A stretch of 63,990 bases of DNA, the filler included, from Choristocarpus tenellus KU-1152 (taxonomy: Eukaryota; Protista; Phaeophyceae): the NCBI GenBank assembly GCA_964200185.2. It is 8 parts of 8 records of this genome, joined end to end, with 100 filler letters (N's around TTAATTAATTAA, not from the genome) between each part and the next. Parts side by side here need not be neighbours in the genome. Positions count along the whole stretch, not along the records: positions 22,604 to 26,474 come from CAXNAD020017470.1; positions 26,575 to 33,494 come from CAXNAD020007056.1; positions 33,595 to 50,132 come from CAXNAD020000811.1; 5 more parts are not named here. One strand, written 5' to 3'. Shown piece after piece: positions 26,412 to 40,020 of this stretch. Under the pieces are notes generated by a model. That model was not told the DNA's origin. It made no database searches and saw only the letters and a program-made list of their open reading frames with translations. How positions within the stretch are numbered: position 1 is the first letter of the stretch; every line of letters starts with the position of its first letter. A program made the translations under genes and the position numbers.

Positions 26412-26655
26412 GGGTCAAAGTATCTTGGGGGGGGGAATAGGCGTGCGATTTCCACCCTTTTTTCGATTTTCACTNNNNNNNNNNNNNNNNNNNNNNNNNN
26501 NNNNNNNNNNNNNNNNNNTTAATTAATTAANNNNNNNNNNNNNNNNNNNNNNNNNNNNNNNNNNNNNNNNNNNNTGTAAATTCCCTTTTTCTGGTTTTGC
26601 CCCAAATGGACACCTTGCTTTCGTCCCCCCCCCCCCCTCCCAGACACTTTGGGTC
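26412..26655. mobile_element. Family B MITE ends spanning a gap
   Basis: gggtcaaagtatcttgggg...gap...ccaaatggac...ccccagacactttgggtc. Confidence 0.7.
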
Positions 26656-26659
26656 ATCT

Positions 26660-29600
26660 CATACTGACGACTTTATCCTCGCCACTTCCATGGCGAACGA
26701 GTAGAACTCCATCTCGAGGAGGACAACAACCGAAGAGAACGACGACACAGACGACACAGGGTCTTCAGACAAGGCCAACATGAAGCGAAAGGTCAGTATG
26801 CTTGCCATTAGGACCAAAGGAATGTGGTAAACACTGCATGTGTGACGATATGTTTTGTCTTTCCTATATACTAAACTCCATCCCACATACTCCAGCAACA
26901 ACACACACGGTTTTCAACAACACGAAACATGTCACTTTGGTAGGAAATGGGTCCCCTTGTTCCAATACATAACACTTGACCCACAGAACTACTGCTCCCC
27001 CTCTGTACGATCAGGTCCTATTCCCACGGACGAAGGGGTTCCCCACACTCCTTGAGGTCCTTTTCACCAACTTCCACCGTAATTTTTTCCTTCATCACAA
27101 CACAACCATCTGGCAGGCGCAGCAGTATATGCATTGCAAATCCCGTCTCCCGAAAGGTCACGCTGCCATGCCCATTGACTTCAGTCCCCAACTTCCACAC
27201 CACCACCAGAACCTGACACAACAAGAATTTTTCAATCTAATGTTGACAGCGCTCCTGACCATTGTTTGGTGGTTGAGGGACACGAGGAAAGGGGGAAATT
27301 TGGGGAAGGGAAGAATCTGGGCTCACAACACTACAATTTGTGATGAAGACCGGAGTCAGGACAACGAACTTGTCCAGAATCCTGTGGAGATCTTCCTCGG
27401 CAGCCACCTAATACCTTTGGCCCGGGAATATGGCCAAACCCTGAAGGTCCTTCACAACTGGTCCGATTTCTGCGGAAGTCAGTTTAAGAACCGGTGGAAG
27501 ATGTGGTGGGTTTCCCCGACGATTGCGAGGATGGGGATTGCAGTAGTGCACAACTTCTTCTCCTCGTGCCATGGTAAATTCATGTCAGATGGAGTTGGAG
27601 CTGTGGCGAAGTCAGCCGCCAGGAGGCTGGAGCTGAACGGGGTACGGATGTCGGGAACCTCATCCTTAGTGGAGACATTGAAGGCCACCAAGACACAGTA
27701 TACGCCGAGGGATCCAACCCCAGAGGAAGAGGGGCACCTCAATAGGGACCACAAGGTTCCTCCAGGACAGACTGTCGTCACCAAGGTCGGTACCCCCCCC
27801 ATCCGCACACTGGACACATCCTCCCTTTTAGTCCACATACGTAAGAATCTCCAACTAGTATCGACATTTCTTGGTACATCCCACTAATCTCCTGAAGTGC
27901 AAAATCTCTCGAGTCGTAGCAAGAAACTGTTACAAGTCGCCTTCACAATCAGGACATCAACACATATGATAAATTGAGTTATATGCACTTCTCCACAAAC
28001 CAACATACTCGAGGAGTGTCAACAACTTCGTTCCAACATCCAACCCTGCGTGTGTTTCTGCCTCTTACGTTGGAAGCACACAAACAAAGATATGTCGTCG
28101 CCGAGTTTCAGTCACGGTCTACACATCAGTATCACCATTAAAAAAAAATCATTCTACACTATATTCAACGTTGTTTTCTCTCGCACTCGATCGTTCCGCA
28201 ACTTTGATATCCTCATACTAAACACAGTGAGGAGTATATGCATCTAACGTTCCACCACACGACAACACCATACCCCTTAGGAGTGGATGGACAGCGACGG
28301 CAGAGTACATAGCAAGACATTCGCCAAATTACTCCAGAATGATACCATCAGGAGACAGGAGATCATTCACCTCCTGGCTTACAAGATTAATCGGAAGGGA
28401 CAACATGATCACGCATCCCCCAGTTCAGCGGCATCAAGTCCATGCACAGGCTCTTCACCAGTCCCCATGCCAACGGTAACTTATCCAAGGTCATGTACTA
28501 CTCCGAGATGTCGTGCTACTGCACCAGCTGTTCAATTAGCAATGTCGCGGGAGCCATCGGAATACAATGGGTTGGAGTTCCTGCCGTTCACTATACACGA
28601 GAAGTAGACCGTGAAATGGAACTCCAGGGACCATTCCAGCTATGGAGGGATGTTCATTGCTGGGGATGAGGTGATGTTTGTGAGGGAAGACTTCGAGATG
28701 TTGACTGCCACTTTTGTCGATGGAGTGCCAACAGTCCGCCTCTCACGTGCGGATCGAGTGAGTCATCAGAGATTCTTACTATGTATTATTTGGTTGTAAA
28801 TACAAACGAAAATGCGTACAAATATTTTGAAACACAAAAATCACTTATGTTGGAGAATTTTTCAATATGATATTCTACATGGTATTATTCTGTGTATAAT
28901 TTTTTCCCTTCAGGTTTGTGCGTTGTTTATATTCGTTTTTGGTTCATATTAGCATGGGCACGAAACCCCGCTAAACAACACCTATCTACTATGAACACTG
29001 TCTGTCTCTCACACGATGGTCTTCAATGTCTAACACGGCACCCCAACTCCATCAACACAAAAAACGTGATTGCTCTGCAGGCCGCTCAACCGGGTCCCCG
29101 GGTCGTCCCCCTTCAGACTGTCCTTGACCCTGACTTCACACACCTTCGTCGTAACAACCTCGACAATATCTAAACCATCCTCCCTGGTTTATACCAAAGA
29201 TTCACTGCGGGATCCAATCGGCAATCCCTTGGCGAGATACCTGTTTGCTTCTCAAAAAAATGCAGGCGTGGAGACATATCCAATGCCAAATTCGGCCGAG
29301 GCACCACTTTCATCCTATGCGGGAGTGGAGATGCTATCGTCTAGGGGCAAGTCCGCGACTTTGACATAGACGATTCCGGGGCATGTATCTACTCTGTGCG
29401 TTACCAAGGTGAGCATGGCGAGACCTCCTTGCCACCTGGGCTGAGGTCATTCATGACAGAGGACGAGATCGAGGAGGGGGTCGAACAACTACAGGATGAG
29501 GAGAAAAGGGATCGCGATAAGACTACAGCCCAGCATGCCAACGAAATCAGGGCATGGATGGCTGTACAGGCGAACCGTAGAGAGGAGGAGAACCATCATT

Positions 29601-29880
29601 GAGGGTTGTGATAGTTTTGGACGGGGAAAGGACACTCTATTCAAGAGCCAAGGGCAGGGGACTGTACTTTCGAATGGACGATCAGTGGATACAAGGGACC
29701 GTCACCAAATACCAGCCCCGCCGTACGGAACCAGAGGGAGAGGAGCGACTCAGCTACCCCTATGAGGTTAAATGGGAGAATGGCGAGGTGCGAAATATCC
29801 AGCTTCTTCAACACTAATACAGCACAGAGCCTAACACGGAGCTGAGGTCCTGGTTCTGGACCAGTCCCACATTACCGTAA
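26660..29880 (+). mobile_element. Sola2-like DDD transposase gene (intron-containing, degenerate) with C-terminal Tudor-like domains
   Basis: Exons ~26660-26791, 27015-27785, 28281-28757 and 29266-29880. Motifs IDFS (D 27177), WSDFCGSQFKN (D 27465), FFSSCHGKFMSDGVGAVAK (D 27588), then GIKSMH...SCYCTSC. Later exons carry stops and frameshifts. Confidence 0.85.
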
Positions 29881-30503
29881 TATGAAGCGGAGGTTGCAGC
29901 GCGTCGGATGCGCTACAATCTTCTCTAACTCGTAGTTGTGTGTCACCCCCTCCCTTCATCCATCCAGTACATCATGCTTCCCGTGGACATCCTGTCCTAT
30001 CATAATCGAGGCCGGACGTTGTTGAGGTGGGGTTCATTTTGCATTTAATTACATTGTGTGTTACGTCTATGTCGCTCCTTTTAATAACGTGTGCAGCCTA
30101 ACCTTAGGATATTGAGTTGATTTTATAGACGCTTAGAATCTGTTTCTTGGTCAATTATTTTCCTTTTGTCTACGGGTATATGACATGGTGTATTTTGCAA
30201 TACATGTATAGAATTTTAACATCAGAATTTTTCATTTACTTCTCTGTGTTTGCCAAGAAAAGCATATATCACATCACAAATAAAAGAAACGTCACCACAG
30301 AAAGAATTAGTCGCGTCCCCTTCTAGTGTGGTCTTTTATATGCGGCGCTCCTCCTTGTACCCTATATATATGGACACAATAACCAAGGATCGCACATTCG
30401 CGTCTCCTGGATAAGAGTCTTTTACGACATTGATATGATATTCTACACTCCACAAAGGACATAGTTTTCATACCTCTAAAAATACAAATGTGAATGTAAT
30501 ACA

Positions 30504-30687
30504 GACCCAAAGTATCTGGTGGGGGGAGGGGGGGGGGTCTTCACCAAAGTGTCCATTTGGACCAACACCTGGAAAAGTGCACTTTCACTGTCCATCCAAC
30601 GTATGAAACCAAATCACCCAAAATTCGCGACATGAAAAATTTAGCCCCAAATGGACAGCCACCACCCCCCCCCAGGTACTTTGAGCC
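30504..30687. mobile_element. Family B MITE (complete)
   Basis: gacccaaagtatctgg+polyG, gtccatttgg ... ccaaatggac, polyC+caggtactttgagcc; aca on both flanks. Confidence 0.85.
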
Positions 30688-31119
30688 ACACCTGTAAACA
30701 ACTCATCCCCTCGCATCCCCTAACTACATAGAACACACAAATACTCTCCCTTCACACCCCTCACAAATTGACGAGGCCCCCCAAGGTCAATTGACTAACA
30801 GATATTGCTTAATGCTGCATATGACAAACCCTAAACCCCTACCTCAATTAACCTTAATCCTACTCGATCAAGGTGATAAAACCACAAGAGATGAACCAAC
30901 CCATCCACACTTCACCACAAACCAACACCTAAAACACCCCACCCCAGAAACAGACCCACAAAAAGGCTGCTTTTGCAGCATCTAAGCGCTAAGTGCAAAC
31001 GCTAGATGCAAACTATATACAATATTCCACTGAAACAAGACCAACCCTCCACAACTAAAGACAATCGAATATGCTTTTTGCCCTAACATTTTCAAACCAT
31101 ATTCCAACACTATGTAAGT

Positions 31120-31173
31120 GCCCATTTGGGCACCCCAGTGCAGACCACCAGCCCCCCTCAGATACTTTGGCCC
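31120..31173. mobile_element. Orphan family B-type right TIR (possible right end of the Sola2 element)
   Basis: cccccctcagatactttggccc. Confidence 0.55.
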
Positions 31174-31329
31174 ATTATCAATAAATAATTAGCAAGGATC
31201 TGTACTACACATATATACAATATAACCTCTTCATTGAAACGATAGGTAGCGACATTACGGCAATGCATGATATACAGACTATGCAAAGGAGGATGATAAC
31301 AGTAAATACGAATTCTCAAGTCAACACCA

Positions 31330-32990
31330 CAAGGGACGAGAATTTTTACTGGTTATCGAATCCATTTACTGCACGATAGGCTGCAATCATTTCACGGCAT
31401 TGTGGGATCTGCTCTATTCTTGTTTTCCAAGAAACAAATAATCCAGTTCATTCAAATCTGGTGTGGGAGGTTGGACTTGAGGACAGTAGCGCTTCATTCT
31501 ACCCAGATGAAGGGAAAATAGACGTGGTTTTCGCGGTAATACTACCCTGTATACGATGGGTGATACCTTAGAATTAACTTCATACGGACCCCTCCAAGGG
31601 TCAAGTAACTTCGGATTCGGACCATTAGTACTCTCATGTGGCCTATGGACTAGAACTTGATCACCAGGTATGAAAACGGGGAACACGAGACGTTGGTTGA
31701 TACGCTCCTGATTTTTTACATGTCCATGGAGATTATGACATGACAACTCAAATGCAAGCTGTAAATGATCTTTGGTTTGCTGAGAAAACTCTTCAGTAGT
31801 GACATCTGAATCAGAATTAGACGAACCAAGGAAAGATATGATCAACAGGTAAACGAGCTTGTCTTACAAACAGAAGGAGGAAAAACGGGGTTTCACGCAA
31901 CTTTGCATTGAATGCTATGTTATGGGCTAACTGTACGAAAGGCAATAATGATGCCCAGCTATCCTCAGCAACAGAGATATACATTGCTAGCATAGAATGC
32001 AACGTAGCATGTACTCTCTCTAACACAGATTTCCTTGGGGGTGATAGGTTTTAGTTTTGGTTTCCTTGTAACCAAAGACAGACTGCAATTCTGTAACAAT
32101 ACTGTTTTCAAATTCGGTACCTTGATCGGAGTGAAACAACTCAAGTGGGCCGAAAATTGAAAATACACGTTCTATACTACCAGCATACGAGCAGTTGTTG
32201 CGGCCTCTTTATTTGGAATAGGACTCAGCACAACAAAACGAGTGAGGTGATCAATGGCAGACAAGACGTGCGAGCACATCACACCATTAGCTGCTCGGGT
32301 TAACGTGTTTTGTACTCTCCCAAATCAATAGCAACACGTTGAAATGGTCTGTCAACGGGCATATGACCAGTGGGAAGAGTAGGTTTCTTATGAGCAGTCT
32401 TACGCGTTTGGCATGCTTGACAATCACGACACCATGTACGAACGTCGATATTGAATGTTGGCCATCAATACGAGTCGCTAACCTTATCGAACGTGGGTAT
32501 GAAACCTAGGTGGCCTCCAGGCAACGCATGATCATGACAAGCACGGAGTACAAGACGGACTAATGAGCAAGGAACGACCAACTGATCTCTAGACGTGCTC
32601 CTCTTGCGAAGAATGGCCTGGTAAATACGAACGATACAGTAAGCCACTACGAAGGGAAAAATACGATATGGACGTCGTTGATTCCTTACCAGGTGGTGGG
32701 GCGACGTTGGGGGACTGTAAATACCTGAAATATGATCCGAACTCGAATCCCTGCTCCTGGTGCAATTGCTCCAGGTCCACTGCAGGAAACACAGTGGTGG
32801 AACTAGCAAATAGTTCACGATCACTTTGGACGGGCGTTGCTTGGTCAAGGTTAGAAGCTGAAAACTCATATTCCTTTCGAACACGTGTGGTAAACGCACG
32901 ACTACCTTCAGACATACTACGACAGGTTAGTGCCATGATTTAATCAGAAGAAGGATCCTGCACTTCTCACTAACCACTCTTTTATTCTTC
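31330..32990 (-). mobile_element. Ty3/Gypsy integrase relic (H2C2 zinc finger, rve, GPY, chromodomain tail)
   Basis: QLVVP...ACHDH..GGHLG; CRDCQAC; IDHLTRFVVL; ERVHATLHSML; PKLLDPWRGPY; IPQCREMIAAY. Confidence 0.9.
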
Positions 32991-33237
32991 TACATTAAAA
33001 TTAGAAAACAAGTTGAGCGTTTCGTTTTGTTTTAGCATCTCGTTTTCTCACTCATCCTACCTACTTCTCCTCACAATCACATGTTTAATGTGTAAATTAC
33101 CTTGGGAGGTAATGTTATTTGTTAGCAGTGAAGATAAGAAAGTGTGAAGCCTCACACGACCCCCTTTGCTGAAGGTGATTACATGGTTGAAGATTAGAAG
33201 AGAAGAGTGACCTTGTTGTGGTGTCTTCTCATTGTGT

Positions 33238-33494
33238 GACCCAAAGTATCTTAGAGGCTAGCGCCGCGTCCATTTGGGGGTCAAAATCCAATGTTGATAT
33301 TTTTATGTAATTTTGGCTATGGTGTGTGTTAGGAAGTGCCAATATCTATGTTTCGGACACACCTTTCCATAACATATATATTTTACCTACTCCAAAACAT
33401 TTTGAAGTATGAAAACGTCACAAAAGAACCCATGGGAAGCCAAGCCCCAAATGGACAAACAGGGCAAAACTCGTACCCTCTAAGATACTTTCAC
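33238..33494. mobile_element. Family A MITE body with GACCC (family B-type) left terminus
   Basis: gacccaaagtatcttagagg...ccctctaagatactttcac, then a gap. Confidence 0.9.
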
Positions 33495-33594
33495 NNNNNN
33501 NNNNNNNNNNNNNNNNNNNNNNNNNNNNNNNNNNNNNNTTAATTAATTAANNNNNNNNNNNNNNNNNNNNNNNNNNNNNNNNNNNNNNNNNNNN

Positions 33595-36400
33595 TCCCCC
33601 CCCCTTTGCAAAGCAGTGGCAACCTCTCCTACTGAGGCAAGACTGGGGTCAATCCTGGTTGTAGTAACCATGGCACCAATCGGGGTAAGAACATGGTACG
33701 CATCACGAGGTTGATTGATCCCTGGCCCCAGGTAAAAATATTTAACCTTTTGGAAAGTCTTACGGGTCTTGATGAGATAGCAAGAACCAGGTTGAAGAAA
33801 TTGGTAGGTCAGCAGGGGTGCAGGGGTACCGTACCATATTTCATACAGTGATTTACAACCAGGATTAGCCGTGGTTGGTTTGTGATCGAGCGAGTCACAA
33901 ACATAGTGTTGAGCTTCAGCCCAGAGAGAGTCCATCTCGGGGATAGTGACATGGGGGGAAAGTAGTGGAGCTTGAAGGCGGGCAGCTAATGAAGCTTCAT
34001 CAATGATAACCAGCATGCGTTCAGCAACCCCATTAAATTGAGGACTGTCTGCAGGTATGAATTCCTGTTTAATCCCGCATTCACAGCAAAGAGCACCGAA
34101 AGAACCCTCATAAAACTCCCCCCCATTATCAAACTGTACGCACATACCTGAGAGGGAGTACCGTCAGCCTGGATATCAGTCAGGTACTTCTTGAAGGCTT
34201 CAGCAACATCTGACTTAAGACAAACGAAATACAACCAAATAAATTGAGAATAGTCGTCCCGAATTATCATGGTGGTGTAACTCTTACTGCCGAGTGAAAG
34301 GGTAGCCCTCTTACCGCTTAGATCGACAAAAACCCGCCCCAGTTTTCTCACCGTCCGTGAAGACGTGCTGGATGGGATGCCCTTCCGTATGCCTTCGCTC
34401 ATTGAGTAGCCGGCAAATGCCTCCAACTCACCCACCAATGTAATACCCATTGAAGAGGCAGTGGACTTGAGCAAAGCCTTGTGAAAATGGCCCTGTGAGC
34501 AATGGAAAAGGTTAATGTCCACTTCAGTGAGGGGGGTAGAGTTATTAATGTGTGTACACGAGGGGGTGATGGTAGCTTTGAAAGCTGTGTCAGCAATTTA
34601 GATGGTTGCGGCAAAATACTTTGACCGTGCACGGTGTAGTGACAACCAGAAATTCTCTTGAAAACGAGTTTGCCACCTAAAAGTGAAAACATAGTAGCTG
34701 CGCCAGTATATTTGACACCCATGTCTACTGCAGCTTGGTATGAGAAGAGGATAAATCATAGATTTGGGACATGAGCAACATTTTGGAGTAGTATTTCCAC
34801 TTCCTCGTTGTCACATGTGGGAAACAAGATAGATCCCCATGACCTAATTTAGTTGGTCCTGCATGTTTTCATTTTAGTCATCTGACATGAGGCTGCATTG
34901 TAACAAATCCACTCTTCTCTTCGTGCACCATCCCCAACACTTGACACCAGACACTCTTTTGCCCCACACCTGCCTTGAGCATTGCTGCTTGTAGAGTCTT
35001 CAGTAGCTGCCAGTGCACATACCACTCATTGTCACCAATGCCAAATACACTTTCCACAGCAATGTGGGAAGATTCCGCCTCCGTCTCGTCCTTTTCTTCC
35101 CCAGCTACCACCGTGGTCATAAACACTGAAGAATATGTAGCATCATGAGCACATCTGCCACACTTGGTGCAAATGCGGCTTGGGCAAGCTACCTCTTCGT
35201 GTACATTCTTGCCCCACCTCTCACACAGAATCTTCTCCAAACTTTTAGGGTTGGAATTAGAACCATTCTTGTTCTTTCCTCCATGAAATTTACGTCCCCC
35301 TCCACAGCCTTGGCCATTAGAATGAGGCTGACTCTTTTCGTATCTTAAACTTGCAGCCATCAAGCTTCCAGTCACGGGAGCATGGCTGTTGTTGGTTTTT
35401 GATGGAAAACTGCTTGTCCTTGAAAAAATTGACGCGTATCACTCACGAATCGTCTTCCTGACATCCACTGGAGACAACAAGCTCCAAGAAGCCATCATGC
35501 GTACCTCAATGTCACTATCAGATTCCAGCGTACTCAGAAACTGAAGTAGTATTTTGTCACGGATGACAAGGTCCATGGTCATCATCCGACTCCAAAAGAA
35601 CTCATATTCCGTTAGAGAGAGGAGTGGGTTAGCCCCCTTCTCCACCTTTGAAGAGAGAATTGCTGAAACATATCTTGGCTGTCGCCCATTGCTCAGCATA
35701 AACCAGTCGTCCACAACTGTAAAAAGCTTGCTAGGGCTCAGGTGTGTGCAGCAAATACCCTCTGTGGCAGGGGAAATAAGAGCAATGGTGAGCGCATATT
35801 ATGCTTCCTCGGCCATCCAAATCTCATTCATATTAAACCCATCAGCAAGTAGTTCCTCCTGGAATCACTCCTTATTGATCGGTCTGGGGGCAGTTAGTAC
35901 AGATACGCAGTCAGTGTACTTACAGTGGATCATAAGCCACCTCCTCCAATCACAGTAGTTGGAGATGTCCACCAATTTGGGTGGTTGGCCCTTTGATTGC
36001 TGCCTTCTCCTGTAGGGAGCAAAATCAATTCCAGACCCCCTGATACTACCGAAGAACCTGATCTCCGGCTCATATCACTCTGAACGCTGAGTCCGTCCGG
36101 ATTGTAACCATTTCGGAAATCTTCACACACAAAGGGTTCAACGGGTCCTACTTCAGTCAGTACAGAGCCAGCCAGTGGTCGTGTCCTGGGCACAGCAACA
36201 TGGACAGCAGGATGATCCCCACTGCTGACTCTAATAACAATCATCTCTAAAAGATGGTCCCGGTCCAGCTTCAGTTCTTGTATCACCTTAGATATAGGTC
36301 CTCCATCGTAGAGGCTGATAACGATCTTCAGCAAGTGTGGCCTCACTTCGGCCCTTACCATGAAGTGGTGTCTCTTCTCCTAGGGAAGACATGATAAGCA
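33595..36400 (-). mobile_element. Ty1/Copia LTR retrotransposon relic (gag zinc knuckles, GAG-pre-integrase, integrase)
   Basis: CTKCGRCAHDA; FHCSQGH; VFVDLSG...IRDDYSQFIWLYF; DNGGEF...SPQFNGVAER...LWAEA, in Copia domain order. Confidence 0.9.
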
Positions 36401-38595
36401 CGGGTAGAAACCTAGAGTTCCAATATATTGCGTGTAAAGTATCCCCCAACTCATACATGGATTGAAGAGATATAATACATGAGTATTACCAAATGTTGTC
36501 GGGTGATTATTCCCAAGTAGAGGGGTCAACCATACAACCCCAAAACACTGTATTTAATGGAATCAATTCCTATTTATTCATTTTTGTACAGTTGTAAGAA
36601 CAAATATGGTTTAACCAAGAAATAATTCTTGTATTCTGACTCCGCATATATACTACCAGTGATACCTGTTACAGTTGGAAGAGTCTATTTGAACAGAAGG
36701 ACTATCACCTTTGTAATGTAAAATCACCTTTGTACTGTAACGATGACAGGATGAGCGAGCCACTCAAACGACGGGGGGGTGTTGTCCTAGGTATCCCAAT
36801 GAACACCCACTTAGAGTATTTCATGAGGTTTTTGAACCACATCAAAAGCAACTCGGTCGACTTTAAACTGGTGATCCTCAACAGTCATTACAGTCCACCA
36901 CCTCAAAATTTCATGCCTCCCAATCTATATGAGAACTAAGTCTCATCCAGAGGGTTTATCACGTGGTTAGCTCCTCGGCAAGGACAGAGCTTACAAAAAG
37001 TATGTTATAATTAATTCCGAACGGAGGAAGTACAATCAAGGAGATGAAAGAAAGAATGCATTCCACACCACATCGCCGTTTCCAAATCTTGACAGTGGAA
37101 GAATACAAAGCAGAACACCTTCTACCACCTTCCCATGACCAATCCTAATATCTTTGATGAAGTTCTCCTAAAGGATGGAAGGAAGCCTCTCCTCCATAGA
37201 TCCTCCATCATTTTTGTCAACACAGGCTTCAGGGTGGTGAACCAGCATGTTGTCCAGCGAATGATAATCTTCTACTAAGTCAACCTTAAATACCAAATTC
37301 CCCTGCTACTCAGACTCTGACTGTCCCCATGATGTCATTACAGATATCCTCACCAACTCCACCTGTTCTTCAATCAACACCATCTACTGCTCACCCATAC
37401 ATCACACTCATCAATGAAGAGCTGAAGGAAGCAATCAAGGCAAAATGTCCACCAAATATGGACCTTATTAGGAATCTGGTGGAAGAGAGGGACATGACTA
37501 ATGTAAGGCAGTCTACATCTGTTTCTCACAAAATTGCTCTGCAGAAAATGTCATTAACAAACTTTCTGAAAATGTGCGGGTTCCTTTCCTCACGATTGAT
37601 GTACGCACGCTTCCAACATGTTTCTGGCCACATGTCAAACTTCAACTTCACGATTCATGACGTGATAAGCCAACTATTGATCATGCCTGCATGGTCTACT
37701 TTCCATTAATTTTAGATTCCGATGCAAACATGCTGTATCTACATACTATGGAAGGCAAAGCTGAATGACACCCATGTACCCAATTGCGAACACTTCAAAT
37801 GCTAAACAATCCCACCGACTCCTCCAGCACTAACATTAATCACGGTTGCCTTTGCCGTATCCGCTCGCTGCTTGTGCTCCCTGTACATTCAGTCGACCAC
37901 TCTCCAAACCTTCAATAAGCACCCAGTACCCCTCACACCTCAAAAAAACTTATCCTCTGCACATTCAGAATAAACTTGCTTCATGTCCGATTTTTCCTTG
38001 ACGTGCAGACCTTAACCCTCATCATATTGCTACTTCAACATGATCCACCAGTGCCTTGTAGAACTGCGCTGTGTCTATGCTGTCTCAAATAATCTTTTAA
38101 ACATAGTCATGTATAGGGGAGAATTAATTATACCATCGGCCATATCAACTTTAGGCGTGACTAATGACATCCCATACAATTCTTACAACTTTTTTTTTGC
38201 CCACACCTCCCTGCAGATTTCCCTCTCATATTGAATAGGTATCTCACCAGGTGAAATCACCCCGTGTTCCGCAGATGGCGGTGCCTTGATCATCATGGTG
38301 TTAATCAGGTTTCCTCCACAACTAGGTGATATCCCTACTTACTCCCGTTGAGGCATGGATATTGCCCACTTTAGGGCCTGATGATGTGCTTGATAACAGT
38401 GTTCTTGATGCTCTTGAGCAATATATAAATGGCATGCTCAGATGTTGTCATTCCAAAAACTTAACAGTGTCATATCTGCCATACATCGTACTGTCCACTC
38501 TTCCTTCTGGTTCCCCACCTCTTCTTAAAATAGCATCTATACATCCTCAAGTTCAATCTGCCCCGTTTGGCCTCCAGGAAAAAAATCCAATTCCT

Positions 38596-38786
38596 GGCCC
38601 AGAGTATCTGAGGGGGGGGGGGGGGGGGTGGCTGTCCATTTGGGGTCAATTTTTTCATGTCGCGATTTTTGGACGATTTGTTTGTGTAAGTCGGAGGGAT
38701 AATGTAACTGCACTTTTCCTTATTTTGGTCCAAATGGACACCTTGGTGTAGACCCTCCCCCCCCCCCCCCCCAGATACTGTGGGTC
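38596..38786. mobile_element. Family B MITE inside Gypsy
   Basis: ggcccagagtatctgag+polyG ... polyC+cagatactgtgggtc; flanks tcct/tccc. Confidence 0.88.
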
Positions 38787-39782
38787 TCCCCTAAACCCTA
38801 AACAGCAACTCTTGTACCTACTGTTAGTTTTAAACCCTCATCTGCCACTTGTGATGCTGTTTTAGAACCATGTATATGTTCATTCCATGACAGTGATCCA
38901 TTAAATGCCCATGGTCCTTGTCATTCCATTGCTATTGCTCTAACAATGACAACGGGAATGCTGATGATAGCTATTGGTTGGTAAGACTCGCTAACATTTC
39001 TGACCAACCAGTGCATATACCGAAAGATACTTTGGTCACATCTACCCAGTAGATATAGTCATCACAAAGCATGCTCACACTAATTATCTATCTTCAACAT
39101 TTCTGCCTCAATCTGAAAAAACTCATTTTGACACTGCTCTGAAATCTGCTTTCAGCAACACAACTTTTTTACCCCCTCAAGTGCAAGAAAGCCTGGATCA
39201 TTGTGCCAGATTATGTTTTGGGAACTTACACGATTGCTCAAGGAGTTGTCCCCTCGAACCAGGCACTAGACGTATTAACTGGGCACTTCATCCAGCCAGC
39301 CCACATGTCAGAGGTACTATAGGTAAATGTGTCAAAGATTCTTGAAGTCAAAAGAAGGAATCACAGAACCTCGCCTAATCCTTGGGGATCCCCTGTTACT
39401 ATTGTAGTCAAAGCGGACAGGACTCTAAGATTCTGTATATATTATTGAAGGACCATCAATAAACAACATATTAAATGTTCTTGGCCATGCCAACACCTGA
39501 GGAACATTTCTTTTTTCATTGGTGCAGCAAAGTTTCCCTCTGTGGCAGATCTACAATCAACATATCATCAAATTCCTGTGGCGGAAGCACATGTTGACAA
39601 CACTACTTTTGTCACACATAAATGTAAATTTGTATGGAAAAGGCTCCCTGTTGGACTTACTAATGTCCCTTTTGGGTTTTCAACGTATGATATCTCGAGC
39701 TCTATCTGATTTTGGCACAGGGTCAGGTCTATTTTGCTATATAGATGACCTCATTCTTTGTTCTGCCACTTGGGAGCATCTT

Positions 39783-40020
39783 GAGTCAAAGCATCCTTTT
39801 GGGGTCATAAATCCCATGTTGCGATTTTGATGAATTTTGGCTATCATTTTTGTCAACAAATGTAAATATCCTTGCTCCAGACACACCTTTCATAGTCGTA
39901 TACATTTTAAGTAACTCTGTTCACACAGAAAACCGAAAAATAACATAAAAAACCCGTAGGAAGTCAAGCCCCAGATGGACAAACAGGGCAAAACTCCTAC
40001 CCTCTTAAATGTTTTGAGTC
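39783..40020. mobile_element. Diverged family A MITE inside Gypsy RT
   Basis: gagtcaaagcatc... body ...accctcttaaatgttttgagtc; no clear TSD. Confidence 0.8.
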
